Below are positions 1 through 12,366 of a stretch of DNA of 62,000 nucleotides, in pieces (positions within the stretch are counted from its first letter, which is position 1; every line of letters begins with the position of its first letter). A program made the position numbers and the translations under genes. The DNA lies in contig OX597819.1 of assembly GCA_951406725.2 (NCBI GenBank), forward strand, positions 25,254,001 through 25,316,000, written 5' to 3'. The DNA is from Octopus vulgaris. Taxonomy: Eukaryota. The notes beneath the pieces are model-generated. The model did not search any database, was not told the DNA's origin, and worked only from the letters and a program-made list of their open reading frames with translations.

Positions 1-667
1 CGAAAACGGGAGAGGGTGACTGAATTTGTAAAAGTATTTATATGAAATTAAATGAAAAATAAAGGAAAAAAAAAAAAAGGGAGAGAGAGGGAGAGAGAAT
101 GGGTAGACAGAGACAAAGAAGGTAGAAAGAGTCGATAAAAGAGAAAAAGAAAACTAAGGGAGCACTTTTCATTGTATAATGCATTATATACATGAACACG
201 GACAAATGTGTGTGTCTGTGTGTGTACGTGTGTTTGTGAGTATGTGTGTGTGTGTACGTGTGTTTGTGTGTGCGTGTGTATACTCTTCCAGCATGAAGTT
301 GCATTGAACTCTTTTATGCTTTTGTATCACATGAGCAAAAACCACACACAGATACACACACGACCACACACACACACACACATACACACACACATACATA
401 CATGCACACACATGCAGACGCGCACACATGCCTCACTCACATAATTTTGTGCATTTACTCAGTGTGTAAATTGATCACTACTTCAACAAGTGTAACGGAG
501 TCCATGTTTCACTGACGAGGTCATTAGACCGAAACATTCCTAGAGTTATCTCCCATACCTGTCAGACGATATTAGTAATTTACTAAAATCGTATTTCTTT
601 CGAATCAGCTCAATAATCCTCCACCCATTAAATATGTTTCTAATAACTTAACTACAAGTAACATTTT

Positions 668-916
668 ATTCTTTTAGCCGTTGCTTGTTTCAGTCATTGG
701 ACTACGACTACAGCGGGGCGCCGTCTCAAAGCGTTTTAGTCCAAGATATTGACTCCTACTCCAGTATTTATCTTAAAGCCTGGTACATATAGTATTGGCC
801 AGTTTTACCGAACCGCAAAGTTGGGGCAACTTAAACAAACCAACACCTGTTATCAACCAGAACAAACACATAGGTGCCATGCAGTGGGACTGAACCCACA
901 AATGTATATAAACATG

Positions 917-991
<75 letters not shown>

Positions 992-1223
992 GTGTGTGTG
1001 TGTGTGTGTACGTATATATCTATGTGTGTATATATACGTATGTTTGTGTATGTGTACGTACGACGAGCATCTTTCAGTTTCCGTCTACTAAATCCACTCA
1101 CAAGACTTTGATCGAACCGGGGCTATAGTAGAAGACATTTGCCCCAGGTGCCACGCAGTGGAACTGAACCCAAGATCATATGATTAGGATGCAAGCTTCT
1201 AACTATATAGACATGCCCGCGCT
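668..1223 (-). mobile_element. tRNA-derived SINE, family A (diverged; internal (CA)n)
   Basis: Reverse complement of the recurring body ...GGTTCAGTTCCACTGCGTGGCACCTGGGGCAAATGTCTTCTACTATAGCC...GAAACTGAAAG, with a central microsatellite and the 3' part ending ...GAAACAAG. Confidence 0.8.
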
Positions 1224-2274
1224 TATAAATTTCAAACTGGAAGAAGCTGTTGTGGTATGGAGTAGAAGGACGGCGTATCTTTTTGGCTAAAACGCTGTCT
1301 TGTAGAGAGCGATGCTTCTGATGGCATCCAAATAAAATAAAAATAAAAACAAACATCTCTTCATTTAGTCCCATAATCAGAAAACATCTCTTTCCTACCC
1401 ATATGCAAACTAATACAGTTCTCTCACAGCTGTTTTGCTGTATCTTTCTACCCGTGTCTCTCTTTCCTTCTCTCCTCCATCTCTCTGTCTCTCCTTCACC
1501 TCCCTGACTTTCTCTCTCTTTCTGTTCCTCTCTCTGACGAAAGTTTCTTCTTGGAAAGTCAGTCTTTTTCTTTGCTGAAAGAGAAAATCAATCTATTCCT
1601 TTGAAGTGTTTATAATCTCTAATTACCGACACAGTCTATCACTGTTTACCTCCGATCTTACTGTTTACTTACTTGATATAATTTCACATCTCTCATACTT
1701 TCTGTCTCTCCGTATTATTGCATTAGTGTCCTGTTATTATTTGACAATCAAACAAAATCTTCATTAACTTTAATAAAAATCGTTGTCATTGAAAGCGAAA
1801 TGAAAGAAAAAAAAAATTAAAGAAAGAACATAAAATCCCACATCAGCGTCCCAAAATAATGGGAATAGGGAAAATAAATGCGTATGTAGAGAGTTAATCT
1901 ATGAATAAACTAAAACACACACAAATACAGCGCTATTAATAATTATCTATCTACCTATTCACTTAAATTCGCACGTGTGTACATGTATATGTGTGCGTGT
2001 GTGTGTGTGTGTTTAACTGGATGACAGAGTACTTAGCATCAGAAAGGGAGATAATGAACTCCTTCAAAGAATTTATGTTAATTAAGACAACAATTATAAA
2101 ACCAGAATTAGAATCTCAAAGAACGCTTGGATGAATAATTGTGGACTTTCGTCGGCATGAAACCTTAGGTTTTATGAGATTATTAAGATCCATTACAAAA
2201 ACCACACACACACTCATGCACATATATATATCTGTATCTATGTATGTGTGTACGTGTGTATGTATATGTATGTT

Positions 2275-2306
<32 letters not shown>

Positions 2307-2418
2307 TACACATATGTGTCTATGCATGTGTGTCTCTATGTGTATTTGAGAATAAACTGAAGTAATTTCTGAAATATTCTGTAACATGGAGATCTTTAGA
2401 AGCAAGATTCAACGTGTA

Positions 2419-2461
<43 letters not shown>

Positions 2462-3791
2462 AATAAAATATATGTATGTATGTGAATGTGCATGCGTTAA
2501 CAAATTGGGAAGCAAATATTGCGTCTTTGTTTGTGGCAATACTGTTTTCAGAGCTGTCTCCTGTATCAAGTAAGACGTTGGCGAAGTTAGACAAGATCCT
2601 TGTAGATAAGGAGCCAGAATGCAAGGCTTCAGATGGGAATAAATGTCAACTTACAGACTATATGATGCACAAGAGAAGGCATCTTTTCCTTTCTTGCCAC
2701 AAATTTGGTTGTGGATAGTCCTCTCAACATAAAAAAAAAAAAAAAAACAGAAATCAATATATGTGGGCGAAAATATCCAGAACAAATTTATGAAACCAAT
2801 TCTTTCAAGAAGAAATATTTCGTAATTATCTCCCTTGCCAACATTCATCTGAGAGAACATTTAACAGTAAAAAAACAATCAACAATAACAACAATCAATC
2901 GTACAAAGAAGACCTGCTATGTCTTTCTTTTATATAGTTTTTATTTTTTTTTTATAATATTTTTATAGTCATTTCGCCTTGGGCCACAACAGTTCGTTCA
3001 GTTGTACGTCGGCAATTTCCGGTATCTGGGTCCAAGTTCATTATAATGTTTATTTCCATGGACTTTTTCATATGACCCTCATTTGTTTCTTTTTTTTTTT
3101 TTAATAAATATCGTTTTTTTTTGCATTTGTTTTGTTGATTTGGTGATATAGGGCGAGAGCGATAGAAAACATTAGTTTTAAAACTGATGTTTAATCAACT
3201 CAAAGAAGCAACGTTGAGGTTGTTTAGTCTGACGCGTTTACTAGTCAGCCAGCACCCGGTGTCTGCTTAAGAAACCATTACATTTTGTATTATCTACATT
3301 GTTATAAAATTTATAAATACATACATAAATAAATAATAAATGAATAAATAAAAATATGTAATTAAATACACGTCTGTATTTATTTTATTTTTGCATATCT
3401 TTTACTGATTTCAGTCATTGGAGAACAGCTATGCTAGTGAAGTCCTTTGATTCCTGTTTTACTCTACAGGACTCCCTATAGCCATTTGATGTTTAAATAG
3501 AATCCTACTGCATTTTTATAATTAAAGGAATTGTATAAAAGAATGGTTAAAATGTTTTGTGTTTGTAAGAAGTATTATTAATTTGATGCACATAACTTTT
3601 AACAACAAAATCTTATATGGACACCCAAGGATCATATGGACCCCAAAGGGTCATATGCCCTCCCCCCACCAAGGGCTATTTGGTCTCCAGTTGAGAACCA
3701 CTGGTTTCGACTATCCTATCGACCTATTACATATTTCAATCTGGTTCTTAGTTGATAGACTTCTGACAACCGGGCACAAGTCGACACTTGT

Positions 3792-3849
<58 letters not shown>

Positions 3850-3853
<4 letters not shown>

Positions 3854-4112
3854 GAGGGTGTGATGAAGATGAATAAACTGTCGTCTAAATTACGCAAAAA
3901 TGAAAATAATACTGACGTCTTATTTTAACAAATATATTTACCAAAATTACATAAAAATATCTTGAAATTCTAATGAGTAAATTTATTCAATAAAACTGCC
4001 ATTGACTTCAACCACGGCCTCCAGACGACTTCGGAATCTCCTTCAAATCTTCTGGACCGTCTCCCTGTTTAAGTTGATGAATGCTGCCATAATCCTTGCC
4101 TTCAGTTCATCT
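3850..4112 (-). mobile_element. Tc1/mariner (maT-like) 3' fragment
   Basis: Minus strand translates to DELKARIMAAFINLNRETVQKI*RRFRSRLEAVVEVNGSFIE*, matching the C-terminus of the maT transposase at 13328-14373 (..IEAVVEAEGGFIE*). Confidence 0.7.
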
Positions 4113-4349
4113 TAGCTTTATTTGCTTCGAGATTCGTTGTTCCAAATAGCTTTATTTGCTTCGAGATTCGTTGTTCCAAAATGAATTATTTCACTTTCAC
4201 GAAATTTCTAAATTCCTATGATATACCAACAATATATACCTTTTAGGAGTTCCGGTCATTTGAATTAAGATATGCTGGGATACCAACTAGAAGTGATTTT
4301 CTTTTAAGATCATCGTTTCCATCTTGTCTTTATTTCTATATACTCTTCA

Positions 4350-4583
4350 CTCTCTTTTACTCTTTTACTTGTTTCAATCATTTGACTGCAGCCATGCTGG
4401 AGCACCGCCTTTAGTCGAGCAAATCGACCCCAGGACTTTATTCTTTGTAGGCCTAGTACTTATTCTATCGGTCTCTTTTGCCGAACCGCTAAGTTACGGG
4501 AACGTAAACACACCAGCATCGGTTGTCAAGCGATGTTGGGGGGGGGGGAAACACAGACACACAAACACACACACACACACACA

Positions 4584-4629
<46 letters not shown>

Positions 4630-4816
4630 CGCATACACACACATATATACATATATACGACGGACTTCTTTCAGTTTTCGTCTACCAAATCCACTCACAA
4701 GGCTTTGGTCGGTCCGAGGCTATAGTAGAAGACACTTGCCCAAAGTGCCACGCAGTGGGACTGAACCCGGAACCATGTGGTTGGTAAGCAAGCTACTTAC
4801 CACACAGCCACTCCTG
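4350..4816 (-). mobile_element. tRNA-derived SINE, family A
   Basis: Near full-length copy: head CAGGAGTGGCTGTGTGGTAAG, B-box-like GGTTCAGTCCC, central (CA)n, tail (GTAAAAGA)n. Confidence 0.9.
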
Positions 4817-5531
4817 AATATTGATAATTATTTTATCGATCATTTGTTCCAATAACTAAATTATACAACACCGATTTACACATACATACATACATACATA
4901 CATACATACATACATACATACATACATACATACATACATTTTCAAACATGCGTACACATAATGTAAGCAAATAGGCTTCAGCACAGTTTTGCTCACCCTA
5001 AGTATACATACAGAGAACATGATGTCGTGCAGTGGCATTGTATCTGAAAACCACAAGATTGCTTAAACACATCAATTAATTTATGTTCGTCGTAGCTTTT
5101 CTTGTAAGAATGAAAGGCAATACAGAATACAAATGAATAATGGGATGGAATGCAAAAGAAATAATGTAAATATTCTCTAGAATCTTCATATTTTGTTTTC
5201 TTTTCATATTCCTATATCGAAAAGAATGTATATATTACTAAAGCAGAGTTTAAATAATATGCACCTGCTCGTATCGTTTATCAATAACGTTTACTGATGC
5301 TACACACTCGCTTACACACATATATACACACACACAGCAGACACACGTATACTCTAACACGTTCACATTTTCACTCATGCCTACACATACACACACACAC
5401 ACACACACACATACATGTGCTCACACATTTTCTCAAGCACAAATATATGCACATACACAACTATTAAAATGTTTAACAAAAGCCATCTTAATACTGATGA
5501 ATATTCTTTGTACACATTGTCAACAATTATT

Positions 5532-5941
5532 GACGTAGGAGTGGCTGTGTGGTAAGTAGCTTGCTTACCAACCACATGGTTCCAGGTTCAGTCCCACTGC
5601 GTGGCACCTTGGGCAAGTGTCTTCTACTATAGCCTTGAGCCGACCAAAGCCTTGCGAGTGGATTTGGTAGACGGAAACTGAAAGAAGCACGTCGTACATA
5701 TGTATAAATATATAAGTATGTGTTTGTATGTCTGTGTTTGTCCCCTCCCCAATATCACTTGACAACCGATGCTGGCGTGTTTACGTCCCCGTAACTTAGC
5801 GGTTCGGCGAATAAGTACCGATAGAATAAGTACTGGGCTTACAAAGAATAAGTTTTTGGGTCGATTTGCTCGACTAAAGGCGGTGCTCCAGCATGGCCAC
5901 AGTCAAATGACTGAAACAAGCAACAAGAGTAAAAGAGTAAA
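5532..5941 (+). mobile_element. tRNA-derived SINE, family A
   Basis: GACGTAGGAGTGGCTGTGTGG...GGTTCAGTCCCACTGCGTGGCACCTTGGGCAAG... ending AAGAGTAAAAGAGTAAA. Confidence 0.9.
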
Positions 5942-5994
5942 GCCACAAACGTACACATGACCGCCTATGATAACTGGTACTTATCAATTCCTGC

Positions 5995-6225
5995 AGCCTG
6001 TTCGAATTGTTACCGTAGCGGATAAAATGTTTAGCAGCATCTCTTTCGACTTTGATTCTTTCTGAGTTTAACTGCCACTAAGGTCGACTTTTGCCTTTCA
6101 TCCTTTCGGGGTCCATAAAATAAGTACCAGCTGAACACCGGAACTGATGTAATTGACCTCCTCCTCCTCCTCCTCCTCCTCCTACCTCAAAATTGCGGGC
6201 CTTGTGCTAAAATTAGAAAGAGCTA
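5995..6225 (+). mobile_element. SINE family B, diverged
   Basis: Core GGTCGACTTTTGCCTTTCATCCTTTCGGGGTC..ATAAAATAAGTACCAG shared with 27267-27497. Confidence 0.7.
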
Positions 6226-6326
6226 TCGATTTCCCAAGGGACATGCAAAGCAATTTCAAACATGAGGAGATCGGGGCTGAAAGAGTAAAGAGACAATCAT
6301 ACACACACACACGCACGCGCGCACAC

Positions 6327-6362
<36 letters not shown>

Positions 6363-6512
6363 GTACCCGCCAACACGCCCGCCAGCACGCCGCACGCCCA
6401 CACGACTACCCACCCGCCCGACCGCCCACACGACCGCCTGACCGCTCGACCACCCACCCACACACACACACACACGCACACGAGCATACACATACATTGC
6501 TGCGTTACTTAA

Positions 6513-6700
6513 TGTCGTATTTCGTCTACCGTTACGTTCCGAGTTCAAATTCTGCCGAGGTCGACTTTGCGTTTCATCCTTTCGGGGTCGATAAATTAAG
6601 TACCAGTTGCGCACTGGGGTCGATATAATCGACTTAAATTCGTTTGTCTGTTCTTGTTTGTCCCCTCTATGTTTAGCCCCTTGTGGGTAGTAAAGAAACA
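6513..6700 (+). mobile_element. SINE family B, 5'-truncated
   Basis: GAGTTCAAATTCTGCCGAGGTCGACTTTGC...GCCCCTTGTGGGTAGTAAAGAAA, highly similar to 27267-27497. Confidence 0.85.
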
Positions 6701-6864
6701 TATATACTCTACGTTACTTAATGTCGCAGGAGCGATAAAAGTGTACGCAATACATATCACAGAGGATATAGTTTTTTTCGTAAATTATAACTGAAGCTGA
6801 GAGTTTACCTGATCCCACGCCCGCGCGCACACAAACACCCGCACGCACGCACGCACACACGCAG

Positions 6865-6902
<38 letters not shown>

Positions 6903-6974
6903 GCACACATAGCACCAAAATTGTGAAACCTTTGAAACGCGTACTCTATAGATGTGCGACCGATAGTGTTTACA

Positions 6975-7273
6975 ATATTCGAGTTGCTTTTAATTCGAAA
7001 TTCAGCAACTTGGAAGCTTGGTTGGTTGGCCGGTTCGAGAATGGGAGTCTTGGTAGTCGGTCTTCTATGACAATTGAGTGTCCGCGCTAAGCTCGGCATC
7101 AATATGGTGCTGAAGAGGGAGCTCATCAGGACCAGGTTGTCTAAGGAGGGTCGCTTCGGCCCAGGGCGGATACGCAACAGGCAAAAGACTCTGTGTCGAG
7201 CTGTAGTGGGATCGCGCCTGTAAATAGTCGTCGGCTGGCAGCCTATCCGATATAATTGAACTCCAACCTTTTT
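6975..7273 (+). ncRNA. 7SL / SRP RNA copy (probably pseudogenised)
   Basis: Blocks matching metazoan 7SL: GTGTCCGCGCTAAGCTCGGCATCAATATGGTG, helix 6 CTGA-GAG-GGAG-CTC-TCAG, ACCAGGTTGTCTAAGGAGGG, helix 8 CAGG-GCG-GATA-CGC-AACAG, TAGTGGGATCGCGCCTGTAAATAG, and a TTTTT Pol III terminator at 7269-7273. The 5' boundary is approximate. Confidence 0.88.
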
Positions 7274-7295
7274 AGAAAGAGCCAAAAAAAAGAAA

Positions 7296-7365
7296 AAGGC
7301 GGTGCTCCATCATGGCCACAGTCAAATGAATGAAACAAGTAAAAGAGTAAAAGAGTAAAAGAGTA
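7296..7365 (+). mobile_element. SINE family A 3' tail only
   Basis: AAGGCGGTGCTCCATCATGGCCACAGTCAAATGAATGAAACAAG(TAAAAGAG)3, the family A 3' end. Confidence 0.85.
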
Positions 7366-7715
7366 TGTGCCACGCTACAGCATATCAGCGAACAGACTTC
7401 ACAGTATAGGCATATATGTCGTAGACCGGTGATTCAGTACGTTTCGAGGTGAACCGAGTAAATGATGCTGAAGAGCGGTAACGATAGCGAAATATCGATA
7501 CCTGTCATTCTAGTTTATATCGAGTGCGTTGTCTCGTCACCTCGGCGTCGAGTCGGGAGCTTTTCCAAGATGCTATACCATAGCATATAGGTGTATAAAC
7601 AAAACATATACACTATGTATAATGTACACATATGCACGCACGCACGCACGCACGCTTGCACAGATGAATACGCGCCCGCATATAGACACACGCACATACA
7701 CACACATGCACACGT

Positions 7716-7767
<52 letters not shown>

Positions 7768-7770
7768 TTA

Positions 7771-7987
7771 CGATTGGTTGCAGAAAAGTTCCTGGCTTTG
7801 TGTAAAAGAAAATACAGGAGGATCCATTAATTATGATTTTATCCAACATATTCCCCTCTCAGATTCACACACTTGTTGCGGTGGTTCTTCAGTTCTTTTA
7901 GGCACTGTAAATGAACTCGGAAGGTTGGGCCTCCAACCAGGCCTTTCGCAACACCTTTAAAGCCAGGAACTTTTCAGCAGCCCCTTG
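7771..7987 (-). mobile_element. mariner-derived MITE (~217 bp)
   Basis: TIRs (TA)CGATTGGTTGCAGAAAAGTTCCTGGCTTT and AAAGCCAGGAACTTTTCAGCAGCCCCTTG; the minus strand keeps the transposase C-terminus KCVNLRGEYVG. Confidence 0.8.
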
Positions 7988-8090
7988 TGTTTATTTGTTA
8001 TATGCGTCGTGGGTATGACATCAAACTGCATCCCGTGAGGAGGTTCCTCTTAGGATATATAAACATGTATACGTATGTGTACGTATATAT

Positions 8091-8236
8091 CTTTCAGTTT
8101 TCGTCTACCAAATCCACTCACAAGGCTTTGGTCGGGCCGAGGCTATAGTAGAAGACACTTGCCCAAAGTGCCACGCAGTGGGACTGAACCCTGAACCATG
8201 TGGTTGGTAAGCAAGCTACTTACCACACAGCCACTC
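8091..8236 (-). mobile_element. SINE family A, 5' half
   Basis: Reverse complement of the family A head and body. Confidence 0.85.
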
Positions 8237-8939
8237 TGGAGTTGTAGGGAGCGTGGACTTGTCTCTTAATTATTACTGTACTCGGATCTGTTCTCACCCG
8301 GAAAGGTAGTTCCAATCAGGTTTCCAACTATGGAATAAATAGATTTCCAAGAGGTAGAAGAGGTTTCCGTTACTTTTGACAAAGCCATGGGGAAGGCAGC
8401 TCTTTTTGGAGAAAGATACACCGACATAAAACTTGTAATCAAAAGAGTACCAGTCATCTTGCAATACTTGTCACTGGAATCCATAATAGCAGCCGAGAGA
8501 GTGGCAGAAGTATTGTACAAGCTTTTGTCACTTATTCAATGATGCACAGATGTCTCACTATCATTTCATTTCTTGATCCGTTTGTATTTTATAACGTGCA
8601 AAACAACCCCCGTCCAATGGACGGTGCTGAGCTGTCAAACATTTAAACCAAATTTTCTCAAAACAACTTGTCCGACCGTCCCATAGGCCTCCCCTTTAAG
8701 AAACACTGATTTAACCTAAATTTGAGACACCAACAAAAGAAGAAATAAAGATAGACTTTTTTCTATTCCAAAGAAAAGCGATTTTATTCACACAAATATG
8801 CAACTGAAGAGTTTAAAGTACCAGTAATGATAAGGCTGTTGACTGAGAGAACACAAACATGGTTTAAACAGTAAGCTTGGCAGGAAAGAAACGCGACTTT
8901 AAGCAGTACAAAAACAACAAAAAATGGAAGGTTCAGTTA

Positions 8940-9047
8940 TGTACAGGTTGACGGAAGAAAAGCAGGACAAAAATGGGATGGAGGATGCCCGAGATCCTAG
9001 AAGACAGACAGACAGACAGACAGACAGAACGGATTTTATATAATAGA
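8940..9047 (-). mobile_element. Non-autonomous Helitron-like 5' end
   Basis: Minus strand reads A|TCTATTATATAAAATCCGTT(CTGT)n, a TC start followed by a GTCT microsatellite; 3' end not identified. Confidence 0.5.
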
Positions 9048-9111
9048 TATATTACGGAGATGTACTTGCATAGGAAGTGACTTCTTCCGAGATCGTGTGC
9101 TGAAGATGATC

Positions 9112-9383
9112 GCGTGGAAGATGTTCGTAAGCCATTCAAAATCACACAAAAACCGTTAGTTTCACTTCAACATTTAGCTTTCATTTGTGTCAAAATATTT
9201 TCGTCGCTTTGAAACCGCGGCTTGTTTATTGACAAAACTTCGTGCTGCATATCAAAGTTTTGTCAGTGAACAGTTCGTGCTGTCAAAGCGACGAATATAT
9301 TTTGACACGAGTGAAATTTAAATGTAGAAGTGAAACTAACGTCCTTTGTGTTTTCTTAAATGGCTTACAAACATCTTCCACGC
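9112..9383. repeat. Imperfect foldback (palindromic) element, 272 bp
   Basis: GCGTGGAAGATGTTCGTAAGCCATT... is the reverse complement of ...AATGGCTTACAAACATCTTCCACGC; pairing continues to the centre. Confidence 0.85.
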
Positions 9384-9432
<49 letters not shown>

Positions 9433-9520
9433 CAGGTATGTCATATTTTCCGTTTGGTTTCTTTTTATTTAATCCTGAATATATCATTTATGTAACGCAT
9501 GTACTCATTAATTTTTTTTA

Positions 9521-9578
<58 letters not shown>

Positions 9579-9594
9579 TATATATATATATATA

Positions 9595-9982
9595 CTAGCA
9601 GTATCGCCCGGCGTTGCTCGGGTTTGTTTCGACCCGCTGGAATTGGAATTTTTGAAAAGTAAAAATTCTGCATTATGTAGCTTGTTATTCTCTTCAAGTG
9701 AACATTTTTCTGGTTGAAATACATCGAAAAGTGGCGACACAGCAGTGAAAAAATCGTAAAAATAGGGATTTTCATAGAAAAAAAGCACCTTTTTGATGTA
9801 AATAACTTTTGGTGTTAACATGGTCCGATTTGAAGTTCATCTTCTACGGAAGGAAGAGCAACCCTTCTATCATACTCTCAATTTTGGTCAACTTGCGCCG
9901 CAGGGTCTCGGAGGAGATAGTGTTAGTTGAAGGCTACCAAACCTGCCGCACACAGACAACTTCAGCTTTATATATAGAGAGA
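9595..9982 (-). mobile_element. Non-autonomous Helitron
   Basis: Minus strand begins TC(TC)TATATATAAAG and ends CCCGAGCAACGCCGGG (hairpin) CGATACTG-CTAG; it sits between A and T with no TSD. Confidence 0.8.
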
Positions 9983-10662
9983 TAACACACACACACACAT
10001 CAATACACATACATACACACACATACACATGTATGTATATATGTACATCTGTCCACTTCTTGCCATATTTTTATCCTTCACTTCCTACACACACACACAC
10101 ACTCACACACACACACACATACACGCACGCATGCACACTTACACACACACACATACACGCACGCATGCACACTTACACACACACACACACACACTTTCTT
10201 AGCTTACAATTTCTTTCTTTCAACAATTGACAACTGAAGTACGTTCGCCAATGAATACTACCAAAAGTTAGCGACAGATCTCTGTTTCCTTTTTTATGTT
10301 GAGGATTGGTTTAAGCATTAATAAGAGGAAGTAGCAGAATGTGTGATGTTGAATAAGAGTTGCAGAAAGAGGATATGATAGTGGTATACACTTGCAAAGA
10401 GAAAGTAGGAGAAAGTGTGGTAATAGCAGGAGTAAAGCATTTGAAATGAGAGAGGCAAATCGTAAAATATTGAGTTTTCTCGAATTTTTGCTTAATTGGG
10501 GGTGAAATTGAAAAAATGTATAAGCCATAATCCAATCGAATCTACTTCGAAAAATCATAGGTAAATTCCAATTGAAGAAATTCTATATTGTACAATTGTA
10601 TTAAAAACAAACATAGTCAGAGGCAGAGAAAATCTGCCTTTTATCATAAGAGATATAATATA

Positions 10663-10693
<31 letters not shown>

Positions 10694-10807
10694 AGAGAGA
10701 GATTTCTGTAACGTACCATCCACCCAATTGCACTGAAGCCTTCAGTCGCTTCCCGCAGCTATAGTGGAAAACATAATCGCCTAAGGAAATGCGTTTTATG
10801 TTTGTAA

Positions 10808-11036
10808 ATGACTGTGTAGTTAAGAAACTAGCTTTGCAATCCCGTAGTTTCGGGTTCAGTTCAGATGTGTGGCACCTCGACCGAGCGTCTTCTAATATAG
10901 TCCGGGGCCGGTCAATGCTTTGTTAAGTGAATTTGGTAGAAGGAAGCTGTGTAGCAGATAGTTTTCTGCACACATTTATACGTAAATGTGTGTGTGTGTG
11001 TGTGTGTGTGCATGTGTGTGTGTGTTTGTGTGTGTT

Positions 11037-11089
<53 letters not shown>

Positions 11090-11283
11090 GAGAGATTTGT
11101 TTTGTCCCCACCATCTTTGTTTACGCGCCTCCGTAACTTAACTGTCTGACATAAGCGAGTGATAGAATAAATAGCCCCCCCCCAAGAATTATTTGGATCG
11201 ATTTGTTTGATTAAACCCTTCTAGACGGTATCCCAGCATGGCAGGAGTCCTATGATTAAAACAAGCTAAAGATAAAAGATAAG
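10808..11283 (+). mobile_element. SINE family A, old diverged copy
   Basis: GGGTTCAGTTCAGATGTGTGGCACCTCGACCGAGCGTCTTCT... and CCAGCATGGCAGGAGTCC..AAACAAG tail. Confidence 0.7.
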
Positions 11284-11622
11284 ACATGAATATATTTGTA
11301 CATAATCTCTGAGTTTTTATCTCCATCACTCCCTCCCTTTCATTATCTCTGTCCCTTTCGCTTATTTGTCTTCATTCACTGCCCCCCCTCCCAACTCCAC
11401 CAGTAGAATAAATCCATTTCTTTATTTAGTTACATACATGAATTAAATACTTCCAGAAATAACAATTTCTTTCAAGAAACATTACGATTTAATCCTGTGG
11501 AGATATAGAATTATATACAGATGTAACTGAATTCATATATATATATATATATATTGATAAAAATGGTAAGATAACAAAAAGAAAGAAAGAAACTTCGATA
11601 TTACGTAAGATAGAGGAATTTA

Positions 11623-11659
<37 letters not shown>

Positions 11660-11666
11660 CATATAT

Positions 11667-11701
<35 letters not shown>

Positions 11702-11712
11702 CATACATATAT

Positions 11713-11760
<48 letters not shown>

Positions 11761-11766
<6 letters not shown>

Positions 11767-12002
11767 ATATATACATACAAACATACAAGCATACATATAT
11801 ACATACATACAAAAATACATACATATATTTACATACAAATAATTATATTTATGTATGTCTGCATATATATATATATATGTATATATATACATATATATAT
11901 GCAGACATACATAAATATAATTATTTGTATGTAAATATATGTATGTATTTTTGTATGTATGTATATATGTATGTTTGTATGTTTGTATGTATATATATAC
12001 AT
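11761..12002. repeat. Near-perfect palindrome of microsatellite-rich DNA
   Basis: 11761-11870 is the reverse complement of 11893-12002 with one mismatch; the centre is self-complementary. Confidence 0.85.
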
Positions 12003-12153
12003 ATATATATATGCATCATATATATATCATTATATAAAAGCATAATTATATATATATATATATATGTGTGTGTATGTCTGTCTGTGTGTTTGTGTATCGG
12101 TGGTACACAGGTATGTAAGTGTGTTCATATGTATATAAAAATATTCTTGGACT

Positions 12154-12186
<33 letters not shown>

Positions 12187-12366
12187 CAAGGGCACACACA
12201 CATACATACTCACACACTATTTAAAGATCATGTTTTAATGTTCTAAACATTAAAACGAATATATTTAACAGGGAATTATTGAATACAGGATGCGACATAA
12301 TCACATCCGATTTAAGAATAATTATGCGCAATGCACGTTATGTAATCAATAACTTATATATATATA

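Noticed and set aside
1510-1565. Hammerhead-like CTGACGAA..GGAAAGTCAG
   Set aside because: Too degenerate; helix II and the GAAAC context are disrupted
3620-3712. hAT-type MITE ends (CCAGTTGAGAACCACTG here; TTTAAGAAACACTG near 8696-8709)
   Set aside because: Only single short TIR-like matches, with no convincing partner TIR or 8-bp TSD
7467-7510. Hammerhead-like CTGAAGAG..GCGAAATATCGATA
   Set aside because: Helix II is only 2 bp and no consistent helix I/III or cleavage triplet can be drawn
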